64,000 nucleotides of DNA. Source: Octopus sinensis. Taxonomy: Eukaryota. The notes under the pieces are model-generated. The model was given only the letters and a program-made list of their open reading frames with translations, did no database searches and was not told the DNA's origin. This document shows, piece by piece, positions 13,686 to 27,241 of the stretch; positions within the stretch are counted from its first letter, which is position 1, and each line of letters opens with the position of its first letter. The stretch covers positions 4,464,001-4,528,000 of the forward strand of contig NC_043002.1 of NCBI RefSeq assembly GCF_006345805.1, written 5' to 3'. The translations under genes were made by a program, and so were the position numbers.

Positions 13686-14024
13686 CATACTCCAACTGGT
13701 ATTTATTTTATCAACGAACGGAAAAAAAAGGAGAAAGAAAACTTAGCTTCTCTCTTGATTCGAACCCAGAACCACAGCGTAAAGAGAGTTCACTAAATAC
13801 TGTTACACTCCGCCCGTTTCTTTCACACATACATTTATACACCAGCATTATACACGCACATTTATACATCAGCATTAGCTGTAAAATCAATATACACGCT
13901 AATGATAATGATAGCAACTCAACGATAAGCCGCGTTTACAATTAATTATGCTGTTACTCTTTCGACGCTTATTTCCTCTCCAGCCGTTTTGCCCTAGGGA
14001 TTACTCTTTCTCTCTCCCTCATTC

Positions 14025-14108
<84 letters not shown>
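14025..14108. repeat. (TCTA)n microsatellite
   Basis: Direct reading. Confidence 0.95.
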
Positions 14109-14109
<1 letters not shown>

Positions 14110-14757
14110 TTCGCTAGCTAGCTCAATATTTCTCTATCCATGTATGTGTGCATTCGTATTATGTCTCATCCTCTGCATTGCCGTATATCTTTCTCTCCAT
14201 ACTGTGCCTTCCTCTCGTCCCCTATCTCTCTCTCGCACAAGACCCAATCTTTCTCGACCGCTCACTCGACTCCTGTAATGCTCCATCAATGTCAAAGTTC
14301 CGCTTGGCCAATTTAACGGTTACATTGATTAACCTAAATATCTCATTATCAACGGTGTGTGTGTGTGTGTTGATGGGGTGGGGGTACGAACTAGTAGTCG
14401 TAAAATGTGAATGGCGGTTGTATTCAAATAGATAATGGAATAAACAACTTAACAGATTATCTCTTCAAACATACACGATAAGCAATGACGACTACAACAT
14501 CAGGTCTTATGATTATGGTTGGACACGATTGGAAGGACTGAGGACAGACACTTCCCTCTTCGGCCAGGCCCTCATCACTGAAGAATTTGAAATTGGAGAG
14601 ATTAAAAAGCGATGACTTTCAGTATATTTGTTGAAAGGTAGATGGCACCAGGGAAGAGATGTCTGAAGAACGCAGAGAACCAATTCCAGTCCTCGCTCGA
14701 CTGACAAATATACACACTAAGTATAGCTACAAAGGTAGGTATTATTTTTACACACCT

Positions 14758-15100
14758 AAAGGCGGCGAGCTGGAAGAATCGTTAACGCGTTGGACAAACG
14801 CTTAGCAGCCTTTCGTCTGTCTTTACGTTCTGAGTTCACATTCCGCTGACATCGACCTTACCTTTCATCCATTTGGAGGTCGAGGAAAGAAATACCCGTT
14901 GAGCATTTGGGTCGATGTAAACGACTTGCCTCCCCGACGAGTTTGCTGGCCTTGTGTCAAAATCTGAAGCGACGAACTAGCAAAACTATTACCGCGTCGG
15001 ACAAATATACTTAGTAACATTTTGTCTGGCATTACGTTCTGAGTTCGCATCCCACCGAGGTCGTCTTTGCATTTCATCCTTTCGGATTCGATGACATATG
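14758..15100 (+). mobile_element. Two partial, diverged SINE family B copies
   Basis: AAGGCGGCGAGCTGG...TTACGTTCTGAGTTC...CTTTCATCC motifs occur twice. Confidence 0.7.
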
Positions 15101-17224
15101 TATCAGTTAAGCACTTTCCCTTCCCTAAGATTTCAGTCTTGGGGTCTATAATACAAAATATTAATTTGACATCCATTTAGTTTCATTATCAAATGGAAGT
15201 GAAACGCTTTTTGTTGATGATTTACCATTTTTATCTGTTAGTTTCACTTTTTACTTGCTTCCCATGGATCATAGACCATCGTCACCTTTTTCCCAATGTT
15301 CTAAAATCTGGGCTGGTCTCCTGGTAGTCAGAAGGGGAGTTGACTTTGTAGCTTCCTTTCGGATTTTGCTGTACCACATCGTGTTTCCCAGATCTTCCTC
15401 TCCCAGATCTTGTTGGCTTTGAATTGTTTCGATGCTTCTGTAATTTTGCCTTTTTCAAAAGTTAGGCGTGTTGACCCTACACAAACCCATTTTTACCTCT
15501 AGGAAGGGATGGTGCATATTAGTCTGGCCTCTATTCTTAGACCTTTCCTGCATGGGAGGCCCTGCGAGGGCTTGTCCTCCGCTTGCATAGTGGTCAGTAT
15601 CATCGAGACACAGAAGCCACCACACAACAGTAAGGATTTGACCTTGTGGTGGGTAGTTGTTGTTTAGGCCATCTCAACTCTGATCAAGGCTTTCCAGCAG
15701 TCACCATATTTTCTTTTAAAAGTAGGACTAAAGTATTAACCGTGTCCTTTACTTGTCCAAGATTTTGTGCTAAGATCTGAGGAAAAGCTAGTGGCTACTT
15801 TTAGCAGGTCGAACCGCATCGATGCTCGCTTGTTCGCTGTTAGTTGAATCAGTCGATTTCGCTCATCCACGAAGATGTCTTCCCATTCTAAGAATAAAAG
15901 AAGGCTTGGAGAGAAACAGCCTATCCTATTACTAGAATGATGCATACAAAAATCCAAAGACCCAGTTTTCGGAGTTGTGAGATTATCAGATTATGTTAAT
16001 GTTATCCTTAATGATGATCCAGGAAGAGGCAGAATCCATCCAACGGATTTCTTCGCAAATTCTGTCTTCTCGGTTTCATTTACAAAGTGAAAGTCGACTC
16101 GATGTTATGGTAAAGACGCTTGCCCAAAGTATAGCATTCTGTGATTGAACTAAGAACCAGGTGAATGATAAAAGAACATTTTAACCGATTATTTGTTAAT
16201 ACTACTCAGAAAGGCATGAACATTACAACATAGCGTTTTCTTTCTTTATAAATCTGAGGCAAAAATAAATGAGGTTCACAACTGATTTTAACAGTCAGCC
16301 AATACAGAAGTTTATTTGACCAACAAACCCTGTTCCAAATCACACAAGAAAACACCAAAACATATTGAATACAATCTTAGAGATACTATATTTATACATA
16401 ACTGAAAAGACGAGATGATCACGGCTGGAATTTCTTTCAACCTTGCTTTGCTAAACAACAAATGACTACTGTTTAAACAACAGACTATGAAACAGCTCTA
16501 TAAAAGTTGGTCTTGTGCATTATTATAAGAAATCAATATATTTCTAGTATTATAAATTTAGCTTTGATCAGCCCATTTATCTATGTAATTCAATTCATTG
16601 TATACACGCATTATCTCTCTAATGTTCCACGCTATATACATTATACAGAGTCGATAAGAAGCAAGGTGATCAATCGGAATACATATGTTAACACTTATTC
16701 AACTATAGATTATTTTTTCCTACAGGTGGCGTCTTTCGGTAATTCAACCTCAGTGGTTCATTACGTTTATTCAAATGTGCTAGTTTTAAATATGTAAATT
16801 TTTCATTCATTACAAAACTCATTCCAGTATTTTGTTGAATTCGCCTTTCGTTCTTCGGAGTTTGATAAAATAACGTATTGCGGTGTCTTCGAATTAATTA
16901 TTTATTCTCTCAGCGTTTATGTTTTCCTACACTGACAAATGTACAATATTACATATTTATCCGTTTAGCAATTCTTTCCTCACTACTCCAGAAAATATTG
17001 TGGACGCCGTACTTCGCTGAGGAGGTCTAATAAGAGCAAAACATATCCGAAGTTGTCTCTTCGACTTACGAACATAGTTGATATAATATTACCCACTGAA
17101 CTAATTTCATCTCCACTTAATTAGATTTTTGTTAATACTAGCATCATTAAATATATTACCGTTAATTTAATTACATGCTCATACTTAGTTCGTGAGTTCA
17201 TTTATCATATATATATATATATAG

Positions 17225-17282
<58 letters not shown>

Positions 17283-17286
<4 letters not shown>

Positions 17287-18056
17287 ACCCCATAAATAAT
17301 GCGGCTTTTTCAATTGCATGAGCTAAAAGTCGGAGGGGGATGGGATAAACTACTAGTAATTTTACCTTCTACTTATTCTTAGTGCAAGTTTTGAAGAGTG
17401 CAGTTCAATTTTAACAGTTATTTTTCCAAAGCTATAATGGAAGTAACAAAGGAGCATATTTAGCATATTTTGCTTTATGAGTTCAATAAAGGCAACAACG
17501 CAACGGAAAGTGCGAGAAATATTAATGCAGTATATGGTGATCGGACAACAAGCATAAGCCAGTGTCAACGGTCGTTCCAGAAATTTCAAGCCAGAAATTA
17601 CAGCCTAGAAGACGAGCCCCGTCCTGGAAGATCTGTAGAGCTAGGAAGATCTGAACTGCTGAGGAACTAGGAAAGATGCTAGGATTTGGATATTCAACTA
17701 GTCATTCAAGTCAGCACTTGAGGGAAAACGACCATCTTTGGTTTCAAGATGAAAGGTGTACTTCCATCAGGATAATGCTCGGCTACACACAGCGAGGATG
17801 ACATTCCAAAAGCTGGAGGAGTTTGAAAACGATTTCCCACCCACCATATTCACCGGACATTGCCACATCGGATTATCATTTATACCGCAGTTTTCAAAAT
17901 CATTTGGACGGGAAGAACATGAATAATTTAGACGAGGTCAGAACAGTACTGGGGCAATATTTTTCATTAGGGACAAGTGAAGTTTGGAAAAGGGGCCTCG
18001 CAAGTCTAGCAGGTAGGTGGAAGAGCATTGTTGGAAATGAAGGAGAGTATATTTTA
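17283..18056 (+). mobile_element. Internally deleted mariner (DD34D) transposon relic
   Basis: After (TA)n: putative TIR TGTCACCCCATAAATAATGCGG, N-terminal HTH (MEVTKEHI*HILLYEFNKGNNATESARNINAVYG...LEDEPRPGR), HQDNAR and HPPYSPDIATSDYHL. No 3' TIR seen. Confidence 0.85.
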
Positions 18057-18298
18057 GAAAATGCTAAAATAATTCTATCATGAAAAACATTTTAGTACCG
18101 GTTTCAGTCTTTGCTACTTTTTTTTCAATATAGAGTAAAGCATGAAAAACAATTAAATGAAATGTTTTTTAAAACTATTTTCATAGTTTTCAAATGCAAG
18201 AGACATTTTCCTTTTTTTCTGTCTGTCTCTGTCTCTCTCTTTTACTCATTTGAGATCTTTGTAGCAGGTAGTAGTAGTAGTGGTGGTCATAGTCATAT

Positions 18299-18365
<67 letters not shown>

Positions 18366-18381
18366 ACTACTACTACTACTA

Positions 18382-18423
<42 letters not shown>

Positions 18424-18649
18424 CTGCTACAAAGATCTGACATGAGTAAACGAGAGATACAGAGATAGACAGAAAAAAGGAAAATGTCCATTGCATTTGA
18501 AAACTATGGAAATAGTTTTAAAAAACATTTCATTTAATTTTTCCGCAATTTCATTGTTTTACATGCTTTACTCTATATTGAAAAAAGGTAGCAAAGACTG
18601 AAACCGGTACAAAAATGTTGTTCATGATAAAATTATTTTAGAATTTTCT
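18056..18649. repeat. Foldback: about 225-240-bp imperfect inverted repeats around a (TAC)n spacer
   Basis: 18056-~18280 is the reverse complement of ~18411-18649, with scattered substitutions and one indel of about 20 bp. Confidence 0.9.
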
Positions 18650-18984
18650 GTCTTGTCTTATTTTGCCTATACTTATCAACTCGTGTGTTCCTTTTCAACC
18701 TTTTACAGCCCCCCCCCTATAATATATATTATATATATATATATTATATATATATATATATATTATATATATATATATATACATACATTGTATGTGTGTA
18801 TATATATGATACCAAATTGTCGGATAGCCAATTCGAAGAAGGAAGAGGGAAAGTGAGAGTGAGAGAGAGAGTGAGAGAGAGAGTGTGAGAGCAAGGGTAG
18901 GTATTAACAGGGCAAAGCTATGATGAAAAGCATCTCAATCGTGACCTTCCGCACGTTTTCTTTTGTTTGTTTGTTTGTTTGTTG

Positions 18985-19495
18985 TTGAGTCTCGAAAAGA
19001 AGAAGAGAAGAAAGAAGAAAGACAGAAAGAAGAATAAAGAAGAAGACAGAAAGAAGAGAGAAGAAGAAGAAGAGAAGAAGAGAAGAAGAAGAAGAAGAAG
19101 AAGAAGAGAAGAAGAAGAAGAAGAGAAGAAGAAAGAAAGGAAGAAGAAGAAGAAGAAAGAAGAAAGAAAGAAGAGAAGAAGAGAGAAGAGAAGAAGAAGA
19201 AGAAGAAGAAGAAGAAGAAGAGAAGAAGAAGAAGAAGACGAAAGAAAGAAGAAAGAAGGAAAGAAGAAGAAGAAGAAAGAAAGAAGAAGAGACAAAGAAG
19301 AAAAGAAGAAAGAAGAAGAAAAGAAGAAAGACACGAGAAGAAGAAGAGAAGAAGAAGAAGAAGAAGAAGAGAGAAGAGAAGAAGAAGAAGAAGAAGAAGA
19401 AGAAGAAAAAGAGAAAGAAGAAGACGAAGAAGAGAAGAAGAAGAAGAAGAAGAAGAAGAAGAAGAAGGAGAAAGAGAAGAAGAAGAAGAAGAAAC
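18985..19495. repeat. (AAG)n polypurine tract
   Basis: Direct reading. Confidence 0.95.
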
Positions 19496-20155
19496 CCAGT
19501 GAAAGGAAAAGACAAGTATTAGACTGAGAAACTATGTTCCGGAGTAGATTTGTTCAATTAAACGCTTCGAGCTGCTGCACCAGTATGGCCGCAGTCCAAT
19601 AACAAAAAGGAAAACGAAACCTCCCCCCCCCCCCAAAAAAAAACAAATAGGTAACAGAAGAATGACAGACTCGCTAGAAGATCAAATAAAAGACATTTTG
19701 GTTTGGTTCCCTATCTGCACGTTCTAAGATCAAATCGACTTTGCTCTTCATTACTTCCCAGGTCAATGAAATAATAAAGTAGCGATCGATTACAATATGT
19801 AGAGGTGAGTCGATATAATCGACGCTCGTCATAAAAATCGGTGCCCCAGCTTGACCAGATTCTAATAAGTGAATGCAATAAGGATATAAAACAAGAGGGT
19901 AATAGGCTTCATTTGTATTCTGCCACTTATCGGATTTTTTATTCTTTCTCTCTCATTGACTAATCCTCGTAATTATCACTTACTAAAACACACTTAACTA
20001 TTCAATATCATTTATGTATGAAGTCCTTTGTTATTAGGTTCAGTGCGGTGTGAGAGTACAGGCCGAAATATGCATATGAATGCATGTATCGCTCTTTCTC
20101 TCTCTCTGTCTCTCTCACTCTCATTGATATACATACATCATACATACATACATCA

Positions 20156-20190
<35 letters not shown>

Positions 20191-20413
20191 CACACACAGA
20201 TATACATACACACACACACACATATACACGTATGTACGTATAGCTAAATTTTGTGTGCGTGCATGTGTGTGTGTAGGCGCCCACCATTGTACAGCAATAG
20301 CCCTGGGAAAAACGAATGGTCATATACAAGCGTGCACACACACACATATGTGTGTGAATGTTTGTATATATATATATATATTCAATAAATAAAGGTTCTT
20401 ATCTGCCTATCTA

Positions 20414-20456
<43 letters not shown>

Positions 20457-20566
20457 ATATATATCAATCATTCTCTTTCTGTTTGTCTCTCTCCTCCCTC
20501 TCTCTCTCTCTCTCTCACACACACCACTATATCTATATATATATATATATATTATATATATATATA

Positions 20567-20602
<36 letters not shown>

Positions 20603-21757
20603 CATGCATATACAAATGTACAATATCAAATGTGCAAAAAACAGAAGCGGGTAAGGAAACAATAAGCGTGTTTTAGTTTAGTTTGACGTACTGGAATATG
20701 TCTTGGAAAATGGAAAAGTCTTTGACATTTTGAGTATACGCTCTTCAACAGAAAGGGATGAGAAAAAAATGAAGGACGAGAAAAAAACGGAGAAAGAACA
20801 AAAGATACGTTTGCACATGTTTTATATATATATATATATATGTTTTATATATATATTCCGTCTTCTCCGTTTTACTCAGGAAGTTTGAATTGATCTGACC
20901 TCGTGTCAGCTGGCTTTTGGAGACGCAGAGTGGGACTGACTCGAGCACACTCGTGATTGGAAAAACGCACGTTTTTAACTATTCAATCATTCCTGCACTC
21001 ATCCTCACATCAAATAGAATATCCTCTCCAAAACCAGACCCTATATTGTTCAGTGTACTCTCTTGAAAAACTACATCCCTTAAATAACTTAAAAACCTCC
21101 AACGAATGCATAAATTCCAAGAACTGGATATTTTCTGTATGTCCGCGTTTCGAGAAATAAATCTTGTCGAATTTAAAAGGAGACTACCGGACACTTAGGA
21201 AACCGTTAACAAATTTTTGTAACGTTGGTTATCTTCCTTGTGTTTGTTTTTTTCTTGCCTTCCTTATCGTCATCTTTTGTTTAAAAGTTATCTGCTCAAA
21301 AGACAACTGACAAACGATTTTGTTCTCTGTTGGAAAAATGATAAAATAAATTATTTCGACTCGGAAACCTTGGGTAGTTTCTGGGTTTTATTATACCATT
21401 ATCTTTGTTCTCTCAGCTCATCGAATGCCTTTTGCTTGTTGAAGCCTTACAACGCAATATACATACTTACATACATAAATACACACACACACATTATATA
21501 TAAATACCTCTTAAAGCGAGGTCAGCATCCAAGTTCCCCAGTTTTATCCAGTGCAGTTCCTTTTTCTATCAAGTTCTGACCCTGAGGAAATATTCAATTA
21601 ACTATATTCAATATGAATCCCTAATTAATTTTTCGAATTTGAATTAATAGGGCATAGAAACAATTGTAGGATGCATGAGTTTGATATTGTTCGAAATTGA
21701 ATATATTTCAATTAACTGATGTCTTCATATCAATTTCTTAATTTTCTCATATATATA

Positions 21758-22057
21758 TGACCGTGAATGACCAGGCTATCAGATGTTGTTACACATCGCT
21801 GGGCACAATGCACTTCGCATTGTTTTAGCCTTCAAATGACGCTACCCCGCTGGCTAAGCGAGCAGGCCAACAGAAGAAGCAGTGAGAGAAAGTTGTGGCG
21901 AAAGAGTACAGCAGGGATCGCCCCCCCCCCCGCCGGGGCCTCGTGGAGCTTTAGGTGCTTTCGCTCAAGAAACACTCACAACGTCCGGTCTGGGAATCGA
22001 AACTGCGATCCTGCAACCGCGAGTCCGCTGCCTAACCACTGGGCCACTGCGCCTCCA
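21758..22057 (-). mobile_element. SINE family C (tail type 2)
   Basis: Same head and core as 6344-6737, different 3' tail shared with 50120-50410. Confidence 0.85.
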
Positions 22058-22105
<48 letters not shown>

Positions 22106-23171
22106 TATATATATATATATATATATATACATACATATATACATGCACACATGCATACATACATACATACATGCATACATACATACATACATACATACAT
22201 ACATACATACATACATACATACATACATACATACATACGTATATACATGGCTGCATTAATTCAATTAATATTGACATTAATTGATTCAACGGACCTGGCA
22301 GGATTTTTGCAACAATTCTGGTATACTTTAATTGACTTTCTATTAAATACTTAGTAATATCTGTGTGATCTATTAAAATGAAGACTAAATTAAAGATTTC
22401 TTTGGCGATATTTGTTAAAAAATTCACGGTAAAACTCGTATTAGATGTGAGAATTCTTTTCTATTTCTCTCTCTCTACGTATGACGAGCTAAATGTCTGG
22501 TAAATATTCCAACATCTAACTGGTTCATTTCGTACACTTTTTACAGCTCTTCTTTCTTTCTAGCAATGCCAATACCGGTCCTTTTTTCCTTTTTGTTTAC
22601 TTTCTCCTCATTTTCTTTTTTGCTATTATGATCCTTTCCTTTCTGTTTCCGTGTTTTTTTTTGTTTCTTTTTTCCTTTCATTTTCATCCTTGGTTTTATT
22701 TTGTTTTTCAGTTACTTACGACTTTTTCATTACTTTCCAAGTTGTGTGTTGCAAACTGTTAACAAGTTTATGAATGAATAGAATCCTACGAGCGTTAAAA
22801 GTCAACGCTTCTCTTTTACCCTTTCTCCTTCTCACCCTCTCACCTTCTTTCTAGCACTTCCTTTCTTTATTTCGTTAATTCTTTTACGCTTCTCAGTATC
22901 CAAATATTTTTATAGTATTTCAATGTAAATGTCATTTTATGAGCGTCTTTAACCTCACATAACTGCTAACTTAGTCAGATGATAGCGCTCTGTAGGTATT
23001 TATTCTAGTTTTGTTTTCATATATGCAACCAATCAAATGCGTGAAGGAAGAAATCTGTTTTATTTTCTGTTGAATATTCATATTAGCAGTATCAAGTTTT
23101 GTCCGAAGATGGTGGATTTAAAACTCGAAATAACGAAATATGAAGCTTTATAGTTTAAACATACGTACATT

Positions 23172-23231
<60 letters not shown>

Positions 23232-23304
23232 CATACATTTATACATACATACATACATACATACATACATACATACATACATACATACATACATACATAC
23301 AACT

Positions 23305-23565
23305 GTGTACAGTTGTGGAAATCAGCTGCCAGGGGATATTAATATGAAGCTAAAAATCAGTGAAAGAGAAATTACCTACACTAAACTATTGAGAAATCTA
23401 CAGTTACTCTATCCAGATTACAAGTTCAGGTTTATACCTGTAATTACTGGGGCATTGGGATATGTAACACACTGCTTAAGTACCAATTTTATTCAAAGAC
23501 TACAGATCCAAGCCATCACTGGAAGTATAAATATCTGTAAAACTTTCCAGAACTTTATGGTTTAA
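23305..23565 (+). mobile_element. R4/Dong-clade restriction-like endonuclease (REL) C-terminal fragment
   Basis: VEISCPGDIN.K.K..E.EITY..L...FRFIPVITGALGYV...LQIQAITGSINICKTF. Confidence 0.65.
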
Positions 23566-23689
23566 GTATATATGAGCATGTCTAGACATGCAACTATATG
23601 CATTAGAATACATACATGACACACACACACACACCACACACACACACACACACCACACACACACACACACACACATGCACACACACATA

Positions 23690-23850
23690 CTGGTGGAACA
23701 TCTCAGTAAAAACACCAGTTCGGTGCAAACATAACAGACTTGATATTATTATGTGGGATAAGGAATAAAAGACTTGTAGAGGTCAGCTGATCAGCGGATG
23801 TGAATGTACAATCAAAAGTCCAGGGAATAGAGAACATTTATGGCGAATTA
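23690..23850 (+). mobile_element. Second R4/Dong REL fragment
   Basis: Frameshifted WWNI.VKTPVRCKHNR.DII.WDKE and ADVNVQSKVQGIENIYGELM motifs. Confidence 0.5.
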
Positions 23851-24238
23851 ATGTATGTATGTATGTACGTATGTATGTATGTATGTATGTATGTATGTAT
23901 GTCTGTCTGTATGTATGCATGTATGTATGTATGTATGTATGTATGTATGTATGTATGCATGTATGTATGTATGTATGTATGTATGTATGTATGCATGTAT
24001 GTATGTATGCATGTATGTATGTATGTATGCATGTATGTATGTATGTATGCATGTATGTATGTATGTATGCATGTATGTATGTATGTATGTATGTATGTAT
24101 GTATGTATGTATGTATGTATGTATGCATGCATGTATGCATGTATGTATGTATGTATGCATATATGTATGTATGTATGCATATATGTATGTATGTATGTAT
24201 GTATGCATGTATGTATGCATATATGTATGTATGTATGC

Positions 24239-24270
<32 letters not shown>

Positions 24271-24300
24271 GTATGTATGTATGTATGCATGTATGTATGC

Positions 24301-24333
<33 letters not shown>

Positions 24334-24392
24334 TGTATGCATGTATGTATGCATGTATGTATGTATGTATGCATATATGTATGTATGTATGC

Positions 24393-24425
<33 letters not shown>

Positions 24426-24456
24426 TGCATGTATGTATGCATATATGTATGTATGC

Positions 24457-24489
<33 letters not shown>

Positions 24490-24520
24490 TGTACGTATGT
24501 ATGTATGCATGTATGTATGC

Positions 24521-24553
<33 letters not shown>

Positions 24554-24609
24554 TGCATGTATGTATGCATGTATGTATGTATGTATGCATATATGTATGT
24601 ATGTATGCA

Positions 24610-24645
<36 letters not shown>

Positions 24646-24740
24646 TGTATGTATGTATGTATGCATGTATGTATGCATATATGTATGTATGCATATATGT
24701 ATGTATGTATGTGTATGTATGTATGTATGTATGTATGTAT
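23851..24740. repeat. About 890-bp (TATG)n array with CATG/CATA variants
   Basis: Direct reading. Confidence 0.97.
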
Positions 24741-24885
24741 TGGGACATCCCATAAATAAGTTTTTTAATGCTTATTTTTCAAAATTCCTTTTTAACTCAG
24801 AGTTCCTTTTTAATCTAGAATATACTCTCCTTCATTTTATACAATTCTTTTCCATCTATCTGGTAGAATTGCAAGGCCCCTGTTT

Positions 24886-25020
24886 GAAGGCGACGAGCTG
24901 GCAGAATCGTTAGCACGCCTTTGCCTTTCATCCTTTCGGAGTCGATAAATTAAATACCAGTTACGCACTGGGGTCGATTTAATCGACTTAATCCCTTTGT
25001 CTGTCCTTGTTTGTCCCCTC
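24886..25020 (+). mobile_element. SINE family B, internally deleted
   Basis: Head joined directly to GCCTTTCATCCTTTCGGAGTCGATAAATT. Confidence 0.75.
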
Positions 25021-25149
25021 TAATATTTCTCGCACTTTCCGTTGCGTTGTTGCCTTTATTGAAGTCATAAAGCAAAATATCCCGAATATGTCCTTTTGTC
25101 ACTTCCGAATTCCTTAGCTATGCTTTTGCGCTTGCGGAATAAAATGAAT

Positions 25150-25388
25150 ACCTATTTCTTTACTACCCACAAGGGGCTAAACACATAGATGACAAACACG
25201 GACAGACAAACGGATTAAGTCTATTACATCGACCGCAGTCCGTATCTGGTACTTAATTTATCGACCCCGAAAGGATGAAAGGCAAAGTCGACCTCAGCGG
25301 AATTTGAACTCAGAACGTAGCGGCAGACGAAATACGGCTACGCATTTCGCCCGGCGTGCTAACGTTTCTGCCAGCTCGCCGCCCTTGA
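25150..25388 (-). mobile_element. SINE family B full copy (tRNA-derived head, Nin/Deu-like central domain)
   Basis: Reverse complement of the unit at 61174-61410. Resemblance of GCCTTTCATCCTTTCGGGGTCGATAAATTAAGTACCAG to Nin/Deu domains is from memory only. Confidence 0.85.
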
Positions 25389-27022
25389 ATAAAATGAATA
25401 CCAGTTTCATACGGGAAATGATTAAGACAAATATACTCTTACCCTAAAAAAAGAAAAAAAAGTAACTGTTTGCTATTTGGAAATTCATTATATTATCAAT
25501 GTCATTGGAGCCACACCATTTCGTTGGCTTCTCTTCGTTTTTCCATCACCCTTCGGCTGGACTGACTTGTTTAGCGCTGCAATTAGCCGATCACCAGAAG
25601 CCAGCGGTTGTTCTGACTTACCGTCACAACAGCTCAGTTATGACACCAACATATCTGCTGCTGCCAAAAACATACCCCCAGACTTTCACCGTACACTATA
25701 CGCTTATTACCCAGTGAAAATAAAATGAAATGAAATAAAATAGAATCTTTCTCCCTACACGCTGCTCATGGCGTCCATCTTCCTCTTCCCAATTTTGACA
25801 TATGCTACCCAGGGTGCCTTGGATCAAGAACGTCTGACTGGCTGATTTGACTTGACTGACTGATATGGAATTCTTCTATTTATCTTGCCTCTTAATCCTT
25901 TTACCACACGCACAGAAATATAGACACATACACCACACAGATACACGCGCACATACACACGTACATATGCATACACATGCAGACACACATGCATACATGT
26001 AGACGCACATACCAATACATGCACATACCTACATATATACATACACATGCATACACACAAACACAGACACTTGCATAGATTTATACATATTCCTCTGTGT
26101 GTATTAATACATACGTTCATACATATGTACATACGTAGTTACATATATACATATATACAAATGTATGTATATAAATATGCATAGACGCATATACATACAT
26201 GTACACAAAACCATATACACAGATAGATGCGATATATATTGACACGAACATATAAATAGATCATACATAAGTACATATATTCATACAGACACACACACAC
26301 ACACACACACACACATATCTCCTTTTTTTAACCTTTATCCATCTTTTCATCCATACATTCATGTTTATATGTATGCATCCACCCAAACATTTATATATAC
26401 TTGAAGCCAATTTAATAACATCATTATCAAGTGTATGACTTGTTCTTCGGTCTATGACAAGGAATACTTCAAGAACCAAGAAATGGCGAAAATATATCTT
26501 CTGACAATAAACCTACAACAAGGAACGCGTAACTATGGAGTATCAAACCTAGAAAAAAAAAAGAAGAAAAAAATAACATTGTCCTCAGATTTCTGTACAT
26601 TCAAGAAATGAGGGGCCCACAATGTGTTTGCAGAAGCAGTACTCCTGCCAATATGCGGGTTACTCGGATGATCAATACATACAATCAGGATCATTGATGC
26701 TTTCACCAATAATCTTCTCGCTTAAATATGACGTTGCCGTTTCACTAAACGAAAACAGGGATCCAGGAACTTAATTCTGATTCAAACAGTCTTTGAAATG
26801 TGCCATTTGCCTTTGATAAGGCAATTTTTAAGGATTAGGAAGTAACAAAACACCCGGAAAAGGATAAATATGCAGCTACAAGACCTTGATAGACAACCGG
26901 TGTAAACTTCGTGCAAATGGCGTTATATGTGGTCTATGACAAAAGCAACTATTTGGAAATATGATTGCGATAGAATCTGTCTACGAAGCTCGATGAAATG
27001 AGTAAAGTATTTTATATTGTAA

Positions 27023-27241
27023 CTAGCGCTATGACCCGGCAATGCCGGGTCATAGTGCTAGTGCATGCACATAGGGCTGCATGCGTGCGCACATACACGC
27101 GAGTACTGTCCAAATCTCCGACCAAATACATACGGTTTTCAATGACCATAGAAAGTGCGAGCCCTCGAACTGAAAAATTGTGGATTTGTATAAACGACAC
27201 ACACACAGACAGACATTTTGCCGTTTATATATAGAGAGAGA
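27023..27241 (-). mobile_element. Complete non-autonomous mini-Helitron
   Basis: Minus strand A|TCTCTCTCTATATATAAA... start, and GC-rich hairpin then CTAG|T end. Confidence 0.7.

Noticed and set aside
14455-14715. Unique block with open frames on both strands
   Set aside because: Only a vague resemblance to L1/Tx1 ORF2 linker motifs; too weak to call.
23783-24913. Long ORFs of 250-352 aa (MYVC/HTYI repeats)
   Set aside because: They are translations of a (TATG)n microsatellite that lacks stop codons in all frames. The same applies to poly-I, -Y, -L, -K/E/R and -HT ORFs elsewhere.
26683-26744. 62-nt candidate exon (ETATSYLSEKIIGESINDPD)
   Set aside because: Joining it to the next phase-compatible candidate creates a TAA stop; short and unsupported.
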